A stretch of DNA of 64,000 nucleotides, taken from positions 62,001 to 126,000 of IMG/VR virus record IMGVR_UViG_3300032167_007852; one strand, written 5' to 3'. The stretch's first letter is position 1. Each line of letters opens with the position of its first letter. Under the pieces are notes generated by a model that ran no database searches, was not told the DNA's origin, and worked only from the letters and a program-made list of their open reading frames with translations. This document shows positions 37,100 to 46,812 of the stretch, one piece after another. This DNA is from an uncultured virus (IMG/VR IMGVR_UViG_3300032167_007852) (lineage: Duplodnaviria; Heunggongvirae; Uroviricota; Caudoviricetes). A program made the position numbers and the translations under genes.

Positions 37100-39229
37100 T
37101 TACCAGTCATTTAAATCATCGAACTCATTTAATAAGAATGGATTTGAATTTCTGTCCCTTTTATCAAAGTCATAGTTCAAATCTTCTTTTTCTATATCTT
37201 CAACTCTAGTAGTAGCATTTATTTGTTTATCTATTATTTCCGATTGTCTATTCCATTGCATTGCTTCTTTCCTCATTTGAGCTTCATATGTACTAGCAGC
37301 TTGAGATGCCATTATTTGTGCTTGGAAGAACATCATATCTTCTTCAGATAAGTTATTCATAGCATATTGCATAGCATCTTCTTCTTGTGCTTTATCACCA
37401 TCATAACCTGGTTCCTTCATACCTTGAACAATTCCCCATCTATTAAGGTTTTTACCATAAGTATAAACGTATAAAGCTATTAAGTATGACATAATACTAT
37501 CATCGTGTTCCCCTGCTGCTGCTTGAACTTTACCATTCTTTCTTACTAATTTAAGTATATCATCTATAACATAATGAGAAGTTAATCTATCTTTATTTTC
37601 TTGTACTGTTAAGAATAATAAATCTATCATTAATGCTCTTGATTTAGTACCTGTAAATACTCCGTAGTTTCTTCTTCTTTCAACTTCTCTTTCTATATGC
37701 CCTTTATTCATTTTAGCATTATTATCATCAACTAATTCTTTTGACATACTATGGTAGATATTTCTATTAAGAACCGATTCTCTTAAGTCTTGTATTACAG
37801 CATCTCCTCCATGGTTCTTTTCTATACAAAGAACACAGTTTGGAATATACTTTTTAACCATTTGATATAAGAATCTTTTTAAATCTGGATAACCCATAAT
37901 AGGACTTCTAAATTCTGCATCTATTTGTAAAGTATAAGGATTAACTACTGATACAGCCGTACTGTCGTTATTAACCCCTGTAGCAACGTCGACACCGACT
38001 AAATAAGGAACTTTAGGATTTAATTCCTTATAAACGTTTAATTGGTAAATATCCATTATAAAATATTCTTCCAATATAACAGGTCTAATTTCTTGTATAG
38101 CCATTAAGTCTTCTTCACTAAAAGGAGAATCTTTACTACCTCTAATTCTTTGTAATAATAATTCCCTTTTAATCGCTGTAGGGTCACCATTGACAAGTTT
38201 ACATAGCTTTCTAAACCATTCTTCACCCAATCCTAATTGCTTATAAGAATATTCTATATAGCAAATACCATTTTCAGAGTTAGAAGCTATTATTTCTTTA
38301 GCTTTTTCAGGACCTAAATCATAATAAGTTTCAGTCCATCTACATGTTTTATCTAATATAGCTTGTGCAGCTTGACCAGCAGGAGAGTCTAAGTCACCTG
38401 GTGTACTTGAGAATATACGGCAATAAGCAGCACCGTTACGTTCGGCATTGGCTGCTGCAGTTGAGAACGCTGGACCTGAAGCCTTAACTATTTCATCTAT
38501 ATAATCAGTGAACTCAGTTTCGTCTGAATATGTGATAGGTAATGTATTACCCCTTCCTAGTTTTATAGCTGCTTCTTTACTACTAGCTTTAGGTTTAGTT
38601 ACTATTGTATTTTTATTTAATGGATTATAAATTTTTCTAATATTGTCTATTTCATTATCTTTAGTTCCTAATATAGCATCTATAACACAATCCTGTCTTA
38701 ATCTTAAATATGGAGGTAACAATTCCCTTTGCATTTTTAATCTCTCTAAGTTTTCTGATGCAAGTTCTTGTGATGTAGCAAAGAACGCAAACGAAGAGTT
38801 GGTTGTACCGAATAAATAAGCCCAAGTAAGATTTGCTATTATCGATTGTGTTTTACCAACCTGTCTTGGTATTGTTAAATAGTGGTCTATATTATTAACA
38901 AAACACCAAGTAGCTGCTAAGTTGGCTCTATTTAATTTATATGGAATACCATTACTATTCCCTTGGTCAGGTATTCTACAAACTTCTCTTAAGTAATACC
39001 ATGGATTCCTAATACATTCTGCCATTATTCTTTGACATAATTCATTTGACATTGCTGTTATAGGACCATGTGGATCTATTCCTTGTAATCCTTTATCATA
39101 TAACCTTAAAAAGAACATATTATTTTTAATACCTAATTTCTTTAGGTCCGAGGCTACTTGAAGGAAAGATAGATTGTTTGTTTCTGTATCATAAAATACA
39201 TTATTCGTTTCATGTATGTACATTTCCAT
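37100..39229 (-). CDS. terL: terminase large subunit
   Basis: NPWYYLRE, Walker A IPRQVGKT, Walker B YSDE, SSTPG, RNase H-like VGVDVATG..DS, IEKN, HDDSIMS. Confidence 0.9.
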   Translation of the reverse strand: MEMYIHETNNVFYDTETNNLSFLQVASDLKKLGIKNNMFFLRLYDKGLQGIDPHGPITAMSNELCQRIMAECIRNPWYYLREVCRIPDQGNSNGIPYKLNRANLAATWCFVNNIDHYLTIPRQVGKTQSIIANLTWAYLFGTTNSSFAFFATSQELASENLERLKMQRELLPPYLRLRQDCVIDAILGTKDNEIDNIRKIYNPLNKNTIVTKPKASSKEAAIKLGRGNTLPITYSDETEFTDYIDEIVKASGPAFSTAAANAERNGAAYCRIFSSTPGDLDSPAGQAAQAILDKTCRWTETYYDLGPEKAKEIIASNSENGICYIEYSYKQLGLGEEWFRKLCKLVNGDPTAIKRELLLQRIRGSKDSPFSEEDLMAIQEIRPVILEEYFIMDIYQLNVYKELNPKVPYLVGVDVATGVNNDSTAVSVVNPYTLQIDAEFRSPIMGYPDLKRFLYQMVKKYIPNCVLCIEKNHGGDAVIQDLRESVLNRNIYHSMSKELVDDNNAKMNKGHIEREVERRRNYGVFTGTKSRALMIDLLFLTVQENKDRLTSHYVIDDILKLVRKNGKVQAAAGEHDDSIMSYLIALYVYTYGKNLNRWGIVQGMKEPGYDGDKAQEEDAMQYAMNNLSEEDMMFFQAQIMASQAASTYEAQMRKEAMQWNRQSEIIDKQINATTRVEDIEKEDLNYDFDKRDRNSNPFLLNEFDDLNDW

Positions 39230-39281
39230 TCACCACCCAAAAAATAATTTGGAACCGTGGTTATCCCACAGTTCCAATATA

Positions 39282-40532
39282 CTACCCTTCATAATCTGCA
39301 GGATATTTGATAAACAATCCATATTTAGTTTTAGTAATTCTTTTCTTATTAACTTCATTTATTATTTCATGTATTTGATTTATATACATGTCAATAGTTT
39401 GAACTGATTGAGTTGATCTCCTAGGTTCATCTATAGCTATTTGTCTAGCATACTCAGCTATATCTAATAAATCATATAATCTTTCTAATAAGAATATTTT
39501 ATCATCTACAGTGTCAACTCTTTCTAATTCGGCTCTATAAATATCTAAATCTCTCGGATGAAGTTTTCTAACTCTTCCAGAACTATCCATAGCTCCTTTA
39601 GGTGCTTTACATTTTTTACCATTTAAACTAGATAAAATAAATGCTTCATTTATTACAGCAACCTTTTCAACTAATTCTTTATGATCATCTTTAAATACCG
39701 AATGATGTATCTTATCTAATTGATCTGCTAAGAATATAGATGGAGTGCTTAATTTTAACATTTTGATAGATTTATTTAATCTATCTTTTCTATATTGTAA
39801 TTCTTTAACATTAACGATTAACCAGTCTATGGTTAACTCTATATCTTTATCCATGTCTTTTTGTGTTCTTTTAACACGCTCTCCCTTACCATTAGCGATA
39901 AGTTTTCCTAAAATATTACTTAATTCTTCTCCATAACCTTCTTTAAATGCCAACTCATCTGCTTTTCTTTCTTTAGCTAATTGACTATTAAAATGATTTG
40001 AGAATATTTGTAATGTTGCTATATTGAACACTTGTTTTATAAATGGAAGTATAGGAACTAATTTTCTCGTTCTATTGTCAAATTTTATAGTTATATATTC
40101 TTTAGCTCTTTCAAATCTACATACGATACTGTTAGATGCTATTATATGTCCTATTTCATGTAATAATATAGCAGTAACTTCTCCAGCAGAAGCATTTAAA
40201 TTATGATCGTATAAAAGCATAGAATCTATTTCTACAACATGTACTCCTTTAGTCATGAATTCAATATGAACACGTTCTACATCAGCCATTCTAACATTTG
40301 TATCTAATAGCATTTTAGTAAGTTCATTTATTTCTTCAGGAGATGGATAAACACACATTCCGAAGAATTGTTTTTTATTATCTATAATAGATATTTGTAA
40401 TTTTATATCAAATTCTCTCTTAATAGCACTTTCTATTAATTTGATATTTTTAGAAACTTCTTTTTGTTGTTGAATATTTCGTATACATTCTTCAACGAAC
40501 ATAATAGATTCTTTTTTTGCTATCCTCTTCAT
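39282..40532 (-). CDS. probable virion protein with an HExxH zincin motif
   Basis: AILLHEIGH ... ERKAD; lies between the capsid and terminase genes. Confidence 0.6.
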   Translation of the reverse strand: MKRIAKKESIMFVEECIRNIQQQKEVSKNIKLIESAIKREFDIKLQISIIDNKKQFFGMCVYPSPEEINELTKMLLDTNVRMADVERVHIEFMTKGVHVVEIDSMLLYDHNLNASAGEVTAILLHEIGHIIASNSIVCRFERAKEYITIKFDNRTRKLVPILPFIKQVFNIATLQIFSNHFNSQLAKERKADELAFKEGYGEELSNILGKLIANGKGERVKRTQKDMDKDIELTIDWLIVNVKELQYRKDRLNKSIKMLKLSTPSIFLADQLDKIHHSVFKDDHKELVEKVAVINEAFILSSLNGKKCKAPKGAMDSSGRVRKLHPRDLDIYRAELERVDTVDDKIFLLERLYDLLDIAEYARQIAIDEPRRSTQSVQTIDMYINQIHEIINEVNKKRITKTKYGLFIKYPADYEG

Positions 40533-40562
40533 CTACTTACTCCTTTCTATTTAGAATAAAAA

Positions 40563-40603
40563 ATTTCTAGTACAATCTCGTTATAAGATTGTACTAGAAA
40601 TTC
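40563..40603 (-). terminator. strong hairpin downstream of the capsid gene
   Basis: AATTTCTAGTACAATCT/AGATTGTACTAGAAATT 17-bp stem with an adjacent A run. Confidence 0.7.
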
Positions 40604-40652
40604 ATTTATCACCATCTATTACAAATAGTCATGGATTTAAAATCCATCAAGA

Positions 40653-42317
40653 TTATTCTCTAGCATCTATACCGAAATCGTTATTTACGAATTCCATACG
40701 AGCTTGAACTGGTAACATTTCAGTTGATAAGTATCTATGAGTACCCATGATGTTAGGAACTCTATCAACTTGTGGATGTCTATAAGTATTTTCTATATTG
40801 AAAGAATATTTATAGTGTTTGAAAGTTATATGGTTAGCAGTAGTAGGATAAGCAACTATTCTTACACCTATTTCTCTAGCACATTTTAAAGAAGATAAGA
40901 AGTGGATTCTATTTCCAGATTCAGTCATAACACCGAATTTATAGTCTAATTGTACTCCACCTACTCTAGTATTTTGGTCTACTACCCATTTAACAGCACT
41001 GTTAAATAATTCTATATTATCTGGATGTCCGTAAGCAACGAACATTATTTCGTTAGTTTTTAATATATCTTTTAATTGAGAAACTAATTTATTAAATCTG
41101 AATTTTAATTCTTTTTCTATATAATCAGATTGAGTTAACATACCACTTGTAACGTTGCAATCGAAAGTAGCAGTTTGAACAAATCCTTTATTATATCCAT
41201 ATGGAAGATCTTTTTTGTCTATCCATCTATCTAAACTTGTTTCTAAGAAATCCATAGCATTTGAATCTTCGAATTGAGTTAATGTAGTAGCTATATCATT
41301 AACTATTTCTGGAGTTATGTCTATATTAGCCATAGCTTTCCAGTCTCTTATTTTTTCTATAGTAAGAGCAGTATTGATTCTTTCTCCTTCTGGTATTTCC
41401 CAAGTTTGTGGAGTTCTTTCTCTGTCCATATCTAGTGAATGGTCATTGAATTGATTTGATATATGTCCAACAAACTTAACTGATTCTAATTTACCATCTA
41501 AAGAAGAACAAGAAACAGTTCCGTTATAGAAATCTACTCTACCTACTATAACACATCTTTTTTCTCCATCTCTAACTTCTTTATAGAATACACCATCGTT
41601 TTCTATATCTGGTTTTATATTTAATCCTTTTACAGTTACTCCATCGAATACAACTTCTTCTATTGCTAAGTCATATGCAAATGAATCTTGACCTTTTCTT
41701 ACTTGTTGTCCAGCTTCTAGCATAGAGTTTTCCATTAATGGGAATTCATCAAGTGGAGCTTGTATTGGGTCAGCCATTACTGGAGTTCCTTTAGCCATTT
41801 CAGAAGCTTCCTTGAAAGATTTATCATAGAATATTTCAGGTATATAATATTTTTTACCATTTTTATCTTTTAAGAATTTTCTTTCGAAAGCAACTTTGAT
41901 AACTGGAGCATCTGGAACTTCAGTCATCATTATGTCTTTAGCTATACATTCAAGCATATTTTTCTTAATTATAGGTAATGTATATCCAACAACTGGAGAT
42001 AATTGAGCTACACCGTATGCTTCGTTTACTATTTCATATTTAGAGTTTTCTACTATTTGTTCTATTTTAGCAGGTAAAAGATCTAAATATTTATCTCCCA
42101 TAGAAGCTTCAAATAAATCCCCTAATAACATTTCTTTGTATTGTTCGAATATAACATCGTCCTTATATATTCTTAAAGACTCTTCTATTGGATCTAATCC
42201 AAAAGAACCTTTAAAAGTTTCGTTTATAGAAACTAATTGATTATTGAAATCTTCGTTTCTTGATTCCACAAATGATCCAACTACTCTTGTTGGGTTTACT
42301 TCATTATATCTAGCCAT
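40653..42317 (-). CDS. major capsid protein (precursor)
   Basis: 554 aa; strong codon bias; own AACA promoter (42358-42369) and terminator; position next to terminase as in AR9-like phages. Confidence 0.7.
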   Translation of the reverse strand: MARYNEVNPTRVVGSFVESRNEDFNNQLVSINETFKGSFGLDPIEESLRIYKDDVIFEQYKEMLLGDLFEASMGDKYLDLLPAKIEQIVENSKYEIVNEAYGVAQLSPVVGYTLPIIKKNMLECIAKDIMMTEVPDAPVIKVAFERKFLKDKNGKKYYIPEIFYDKSFKEASEMAKGTPVMADPIQAPLDEFPLMENSMLEAGQQVRKGQDSFAYDLAIEEVVFDGVTVKGLNIKPDIENDGVFYKEVRDGEKRCVIVGRVDFYNGTVSCSSLDGKLESVKFVGHISNQFNDHSLDMDRERTPQTWEIPEGERINTALTIEKIRDWKAMANIDITPEIVNDIATTLTQFEDSNAMDFLETSLDRWIDKKDLPYGYNKGFVQTATFDCNVTSGMLTQSDYIEKELKFRFNKLVSQLKDILKTNEIMFVAYGHPDNIELFNSAVKWVVDQNTRVGGVQLDYKFGVMTESGNRIHFLSSLKCAREIGVRIVAYPTTANHITFKHYKYSFNIENTYRHPQVDRVPNIMGTHRYLSTEMLPVQARMEFVNNDFGIDARE

Positions 42318-42460
42318 TTATAAATACACTCCTTTGCACTTATTTTTAATTTAATATTAAATAGTTGTTTCAAAAAATTATAGTTAGTATTGTTAAAAAT
42401 CCTAAACTTCACATACTATACCACGCTTATCAAATTGTTTTCTTATAAAACCTCGGAGAA

Positions 42461-43192
42461 TTATTTTTTCTTCTTAGAATTTGGTTTCTTTTCGTCTTTT
42501 TTCTTCTTACTTTTTTTATTAGCTTCTTCAAATTTTTTGTTTGAAGCTAAAACCGAACTTAATAAATCTATGTTAGTATTTAATGCCTGTATTATTAAAT
42601 TAAATTGATATAGATTTGCAACATAACTTTCTTTTGCGAACTTATTAATTATATAATCATAGGTAATAGCTTTTAACTTCTCTAAATTACCCCTTACTAC
42701 TAACATATTTGGATTGTATCTTATGTTAGTTTTACAGTCCGTTCTTATCTGCTGCATTATTGTATCAATGCGTCTATGTAATTCAATAAAATCATTTATT
42801 AAATTCACGTTTTGTTTATCAGAAGAAACGTTATCCTCCATATTATCAGTTTGTTCATCTTCTGGATTTTCGTCTGAACCACCTTCAGCATCATCTGCTA
42901 ATGGATCTTCATCTGCTGGATCTCCACCTTCATCTGCCATAGGATCTTCATCTGCTGGATCTCCACCTTCTTCATCTTCTCCTAGTGGATCTTCATCTGC
43001 TGGATCTGCTTCAGTATCATCTGTAACATCTTCTGTTTCTCCACCTTCATCTGCCATAGGATCTGCTTCAGCCACGTCCACATCATCTCCAGCATCAGCA
43101 TAGTCTGTAGCAGATAAATCTCCACCGTCATCTAAATCATCTTCAGGAGCTTCATATATAATATCTTTCCAATTAAAATCATCAAATCTCAT
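42461..43192 (-). CDS. acidic virion/scaffold-like protein
   Basis: DPADEDP(M/L)ADEGG repeats; basic C-terminus. Confidence 0.6.
   Translation of the reverse strand: MRFDDFNWKDIIYEAPEDDLDDGGDLSATDYADAGDDVDVAEADPMADEGGETEDVTDDTEADPADEDPLGEDEEGGDPADEDPMADEGGDPADEDPLADDAEGGSDENPEDEQTDNMEDNVSSDKQNVNLINDFIELHRRIDTIMQQIRTDCKTNIRYNPNMLVVRGNLEKLKAITYDYIINKFAKESYVANLYQFNLIIQALNTNIDLLSSVLASNKKFEEANKKSKKKKDEKKPNSKKKK
42890..43070. repeat. degenerate 39-45 bp coding repeats
   Basis: GGATCTTCATCTGCTGGATCT at 42903, 42942 and 42987. Confidence 0.75.
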
Positions 43193-43204
43193 TATATCAA
43201 CCCC

Positions 43205-44611
43205 TTAATAGTATTTTAATCCATGCTTAATACGGAATATTTCTTTTTCCAATTGAGCTTCTATACGCATTAATTGATATTTTTGCTCTTTAGCATTTTC
43301 CCCTTTAGCATCTTCTATTTTCTCTCTTGTTATTTTTAATTCAGTCTCTAGTTCTAACATAATTCTTTTCTTTTCTCTAGCTTCCGTAGCTCTACTTAAA
43401 CCTCTTGCCCCTAATAAACCTATTATAGTAACTGCTGCACCTAATAAAGGTTTAGCTTTAAGTGCTGTACCTGCAGCTAATATTCCTATAATAGTTTTCA
43501 ACACCTTACTTAACCTTATAGTATTCTTACCTGTTATTATCTTTTCTCTTTTTTGTTCTCTTGTGAAATTAAGAATTTGGTCTATTTTATTATTAATTGC
43601 ATCAGATGCTCTATCGTCTACTATTTTAGCTCCTCTTTTTATTTGGTCTACTTTAGAATCAGCATTAGCCATTCCTCTAGATCTAGCTGAAGCTCTATCT
43701 ATAGCTTTAGTCACTTTTTCAGTACCTTTTCTAATTATTCTAGAAGAAGCTTCCATAGTATTTTCATATTCACATAAAGCATTGGTTAATTCATATAATT
43801 TAACAAATTCATTAACGTCTATTTCAGTATCTTCAAAGAATATACTTTCAACCATTGAATTAAATTTTTCAACTGCTTGTTCATATATAAATTCATCAGA
43901 TTTTTCATAACCTATAAAATGCTCAATTAATTTATTACAGTGATTTAATTCTCTTAAAGTATATTCTATCATCTCATCACTTTGATTTTCTAACAGTGAT
44001 TTTAATGATTCATAATCTATATTGCAAGATTCTGGTGAATATTTATATTCGTATAATATAGCAGTATTGTGCTCTTCAATCCTATTTAACACTTCTTCAT
44101 TGTCTTTATTTTCTAATATAGCATGTTTTATACTAGATATTATACCAAGAATCTGTTTAGATTCTTCATTTAATGAAGATATAGTTTTATTTCGCCATTC
44201 AGTATTATAACTTTCTCCTATATATTCTATAATATCTCCACACTCAAAATCTTGAATTATATATGATAATGTACTTTCAGTTATACGTACTTTTTGTATA
44301 TTTTCTATCATATATTTTTTATCTTCTAATGTATTTTCTAGGTCATTATACGATTCAAAACATCCATTAAGTTTTCTATCTATTATAGATTTAAAATTAT
44401 CTTGTGGAATTCCTGAATCTTTTAATCTAGGAATTATTAAATTGGCTGCACATTTTTCAATGGCTCTTGTTGTATTATACTTATTACACACATACCAATT
44501 AGCTAACCAATTTTCAGCTATAGAAGATTCTATTATCTTATTAGATAATAATATATAAATATCATTATATAAGAATTCAAAATTCTCTTCAATAGAATAA
44601 AAATCTTTCAT
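43205..44611 (-). CDS. probable internal virion protein
   Basis: acidic N-terminal region, TME-A site, basic C-terminal region with a hydrophobic hairpin. Confidence 0.6.
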   Translation of the reverse strand: MKDFYSIEENFEFLYNDIYILLSNKIIESSIAENWLANWYVCNKYNTTRAIEKCAANLIIPRLKDSGIPQDNFKSIIDRKLNGCFESYNDLENTLEDKKYMIENIQKVRITESTLSYIIQDFECGDIIEYIGESYNTEWRNKTISSLNEESKQILGIISSIKHAILENKDNEEVLNRIEEHNTAILYEYKYSPESCNIDYESLKSLLENQSDEMIEYTLRELNHCNKLIEHFIGYEKSDEFIYEQAVEKFNSMVESIFFEDTEIDVNEFVKLYELTNALCEYENTMEASSRIIRKGTEKVTKAIDRASARSRGMANADSKVDQIKRGAKIVDDRASDAINNKIDQILNFTREQKREKIITGKNTIRLSKVLKTIIGILAAGTALKAKPLLGAAVTIIGLLGARGLSRATEAREKKRIMLELETELKITREKIEDAKGENAKEQKYQLMRIEAQLEKEIFRIKHGLKYY

Positions 44612-44777
44612 ATCCCTTCTCCTTTCCTTGTATTTAACCTAATTACAAAATTGTTTTTGACAATAAAAAAGGAAGATAACCATACGGTTATCTTCAGGGA
44701 GATATATTATGAAAAATATTGGTAATAATAAAATTAAATTAAATATGAGGTTACTTAATTGTTTATCAAATTAAAAA

Positions 44778-45521
44778 CTATATGAAATAAATATTTGATA
44801 AATCTAAATGATAAGTTTGCTCCCATTTTTCTATTAAAGCTTTTCTATCCTCTTCTGCTCCACTCCATCTATCTATATTAAGACTTAATTGACCATAAGC
44901 TGTAGAAAGATTATCATAATGAATTAAAGTATTATATAGATAAGCTTTAACATCTAAAGTTGCTAATTTTAAGAAAGAACCATAACATGTAGCTGGTATA
45001 GTGGATAAGTTTTCAGAATGAGATAAAGCTACAGAAAGTCTGTATGTATTACCCATAGCATATCCACTAAATATTTCTATCATGTTAGGAGGCATAAATT
45101 TAAAAGTAGCACCTTTAGCAGCAGAACTAAGCATATTAGCATTAGCCTGAGCCATCATTAAATCTTGATAACCGTATAAACATGGAGTTACACCATAAGA
45201 GAATAATGATGTATTGTAATCATGTGAGTATCTGTCTGTATCGAAGATAGGTTCCATATGAGTAATCATCATTATTTGTGCATCTCCAAAAACATCTGGT
45301 AATCTATATATAGTACTTTCAGATCTTTTGTCTACTTGTTCTAGTTCATTAGTGTCTATTTGTAATGGTACTATATAAGGATATAACTCATCAAATACAG
45401 GAATAGTTCTAACAACTATTATTTCTCTAACTAGTTCATCTAAGTTTTCAAAAGGTGTAGCCATAGCAACTAATCCTAAATCTAATTTGATTGATGTGAT
45501 TAATTTACTTATGTTAATCAT
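44778..45521 (-). CDS. probable neck/head-completion protein
   Basis: 247 aa, divergent from the prohead protease; IKLDLG N-terminus and W...EEDR..LIEKW C-terminus. Confidence 0.5.
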   Translation of the reverse strand: MINISKLITSIKLDLGLVAMATPFENLDELVREIIVVRTIPVFDELYPYIVPLQIDTNELEQVDKRSESTIYRLPDVFGDAQIMMITHMEPIFDTDRYSHDYNTSLFSYGVTPCLYGYQDLMMAQANANMLSSAAKGATFKFMPPNMIEIFSGYAMGNTYRLSVALSHSENLSTIPATCYGSFLKLATLDVKAYLYNTLIHYDNLSTAYGQLSLNIDRWSGAEEDRKALIEKWEQTYHLDLSNIYFI

Positions 45522-45614
45522 CTATTCTCCTCCTTCATTTTATTTATTATTAAATTGTCTTCAATCAAACAATTCCTTAATACCTTGAAATATAAAGAAA
45601 GGAGAAATAAACAA

Positions 45615-46460
45615 ATGGAAAAAAATGAAGTAATAGCTCATGTTATTATGGAACAAACTGCAGATCCTTGTGCAGTTAACGTTAGAGATTTCAATAGAAA
45701 TGGTATGACCTATGTTATATTTGAAACCGTATTCCAATCTTTCGGCGTTAAGAATAGAAATAAAAGAATATATGATGGAGATGCTGTAATGGCTTCTTGG
45801 AATGCTCCTCATATACAAGAATTAATAAGAAAGAAATCATTTGTTAGTGAATACGGTCATCCGTTAGATCAATCTATGCACAGAGTTACACAAATAGACC
45901 CTGCTAGAATATGTGGTAGAATAAACTCATATTATAGAAGTGGTAATTTACTTAAAGGGGAATTTGAAACTTTTGATGATGGTGCTTGTGGAACTATGTT
46001 GACTAGAAGAATATTACAAGGAATGGAACCAGCTTTTAGTGTTAGAATGTTAGCTAAACTTTCTAGAACTAAAGATGGTACTATGTTAATGAACACACCT
46101 GGTCATTTAGTTACTGCAGATTGTGTTATATTACCTTCTCATATGGAAGCATATAGAGATGAAACTAAAAACATAAGTATTGTAAATAAAGCAATAACTG
46201 AGAGTGCTGGAGCAGATATAACTGCTGAGCAATATCGAGATATGGTATTTGCTATAAATGAATCAATGTTTACTGACTTTATTAAAGAAGAATCTAAGAA
46301 CTTTAAGTTAGTTAAAAACGTTGAAGAAGTTATAGGAGATACATTCAAATTAACTAAAGACTTAAACAACATAATAATTAAAGAAGGAACTGATACTTAT
46401 TATGTTAAAGTTGAAGACAAGATAAAACATGATATAAGAAATTTCATGAGTAAATTTTAA
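45615..46460 (+). CDS. prohead core protease (T4 gp21-like)
   Basis: FQS..VKNRNKRIY, SEYGHP, FSVR, VTADCV..PSH..A; start at 45615 from the SD; AACA-N6-TA at 45568. Confidence 0.8.
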   Translation: MEKNEVIAHVIMEQTADPCAVNVRDFNRNGMTYVIFETVFQSFGVKNRNKRIYDGDAVMASWNAPHIQELIRKKSFVSEYGHPLDQSMHRVTQIDPARICGRINSYYRSGNLLKGEFETFDDGACGTMLTRRILQGMEPAFSVRMLAKLSRTKDGTMLMNTPGHLVTADCVILPSHMEAYRDETKNISIVNKAITESAGADITAEQYRDMVFAINESMFTDFIKEESKNFKLVKNVEEVIGDTFKLTKDLNNIIIKEGTDTYYVKVEDKIKHDIRNFMSKF

Positions 46461-46508
46461 TACAGATATGTTTGTACTGGCGTACAGACGGCAATAGGAG
46501 GTTAATTG

Positions 46509-46781
46509 ATGCGGGATGTTAATATTCGTTTATATAGCACAGTCTATATGAACAATTTAACTTACGAAGAAGCTTTAGTTCATTGTAAATCTGGAGCATA
46601 TATAACTAGACCTGAATGGAATGGATTTCATTATATAGAAAATGGTATTTATAAAATAATGCTTAAAGAAGGTATTATATTAGAAAACCCTGATGAAATT
46701 TATGGAAAAGGTGCAAATGATTGGTGTGTTGTAGATATTACAATGGAAGCTTTTAATATTATGATAAATGATGAAAAATAA
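46509..46781 (+). CDS. DUF2829 / Tad2-like protein
   Basis: LTYEEAL...KSGAYITRPEWNG ... ANDWCVV. Confidence 0.65.
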   Translation: MRDVNIRLYSTVYMNNLTYEEALVHCKSGAYITRPEWNGFHYIENGIYKIMLKEGIILENPDEIYGKGANDWCVVDITMEAFNIMINDEK

Positions 46782-46812
46782 GATATAGGCTAAAGCCTAT
46801 ATCTTATTTTTT
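46774..46812. terminator. bidirectional terminator
   Basis: AAAAATAAGATATAGGC-TAAA-GCCTATATCTTATTTTT. Confidence 0.8.
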
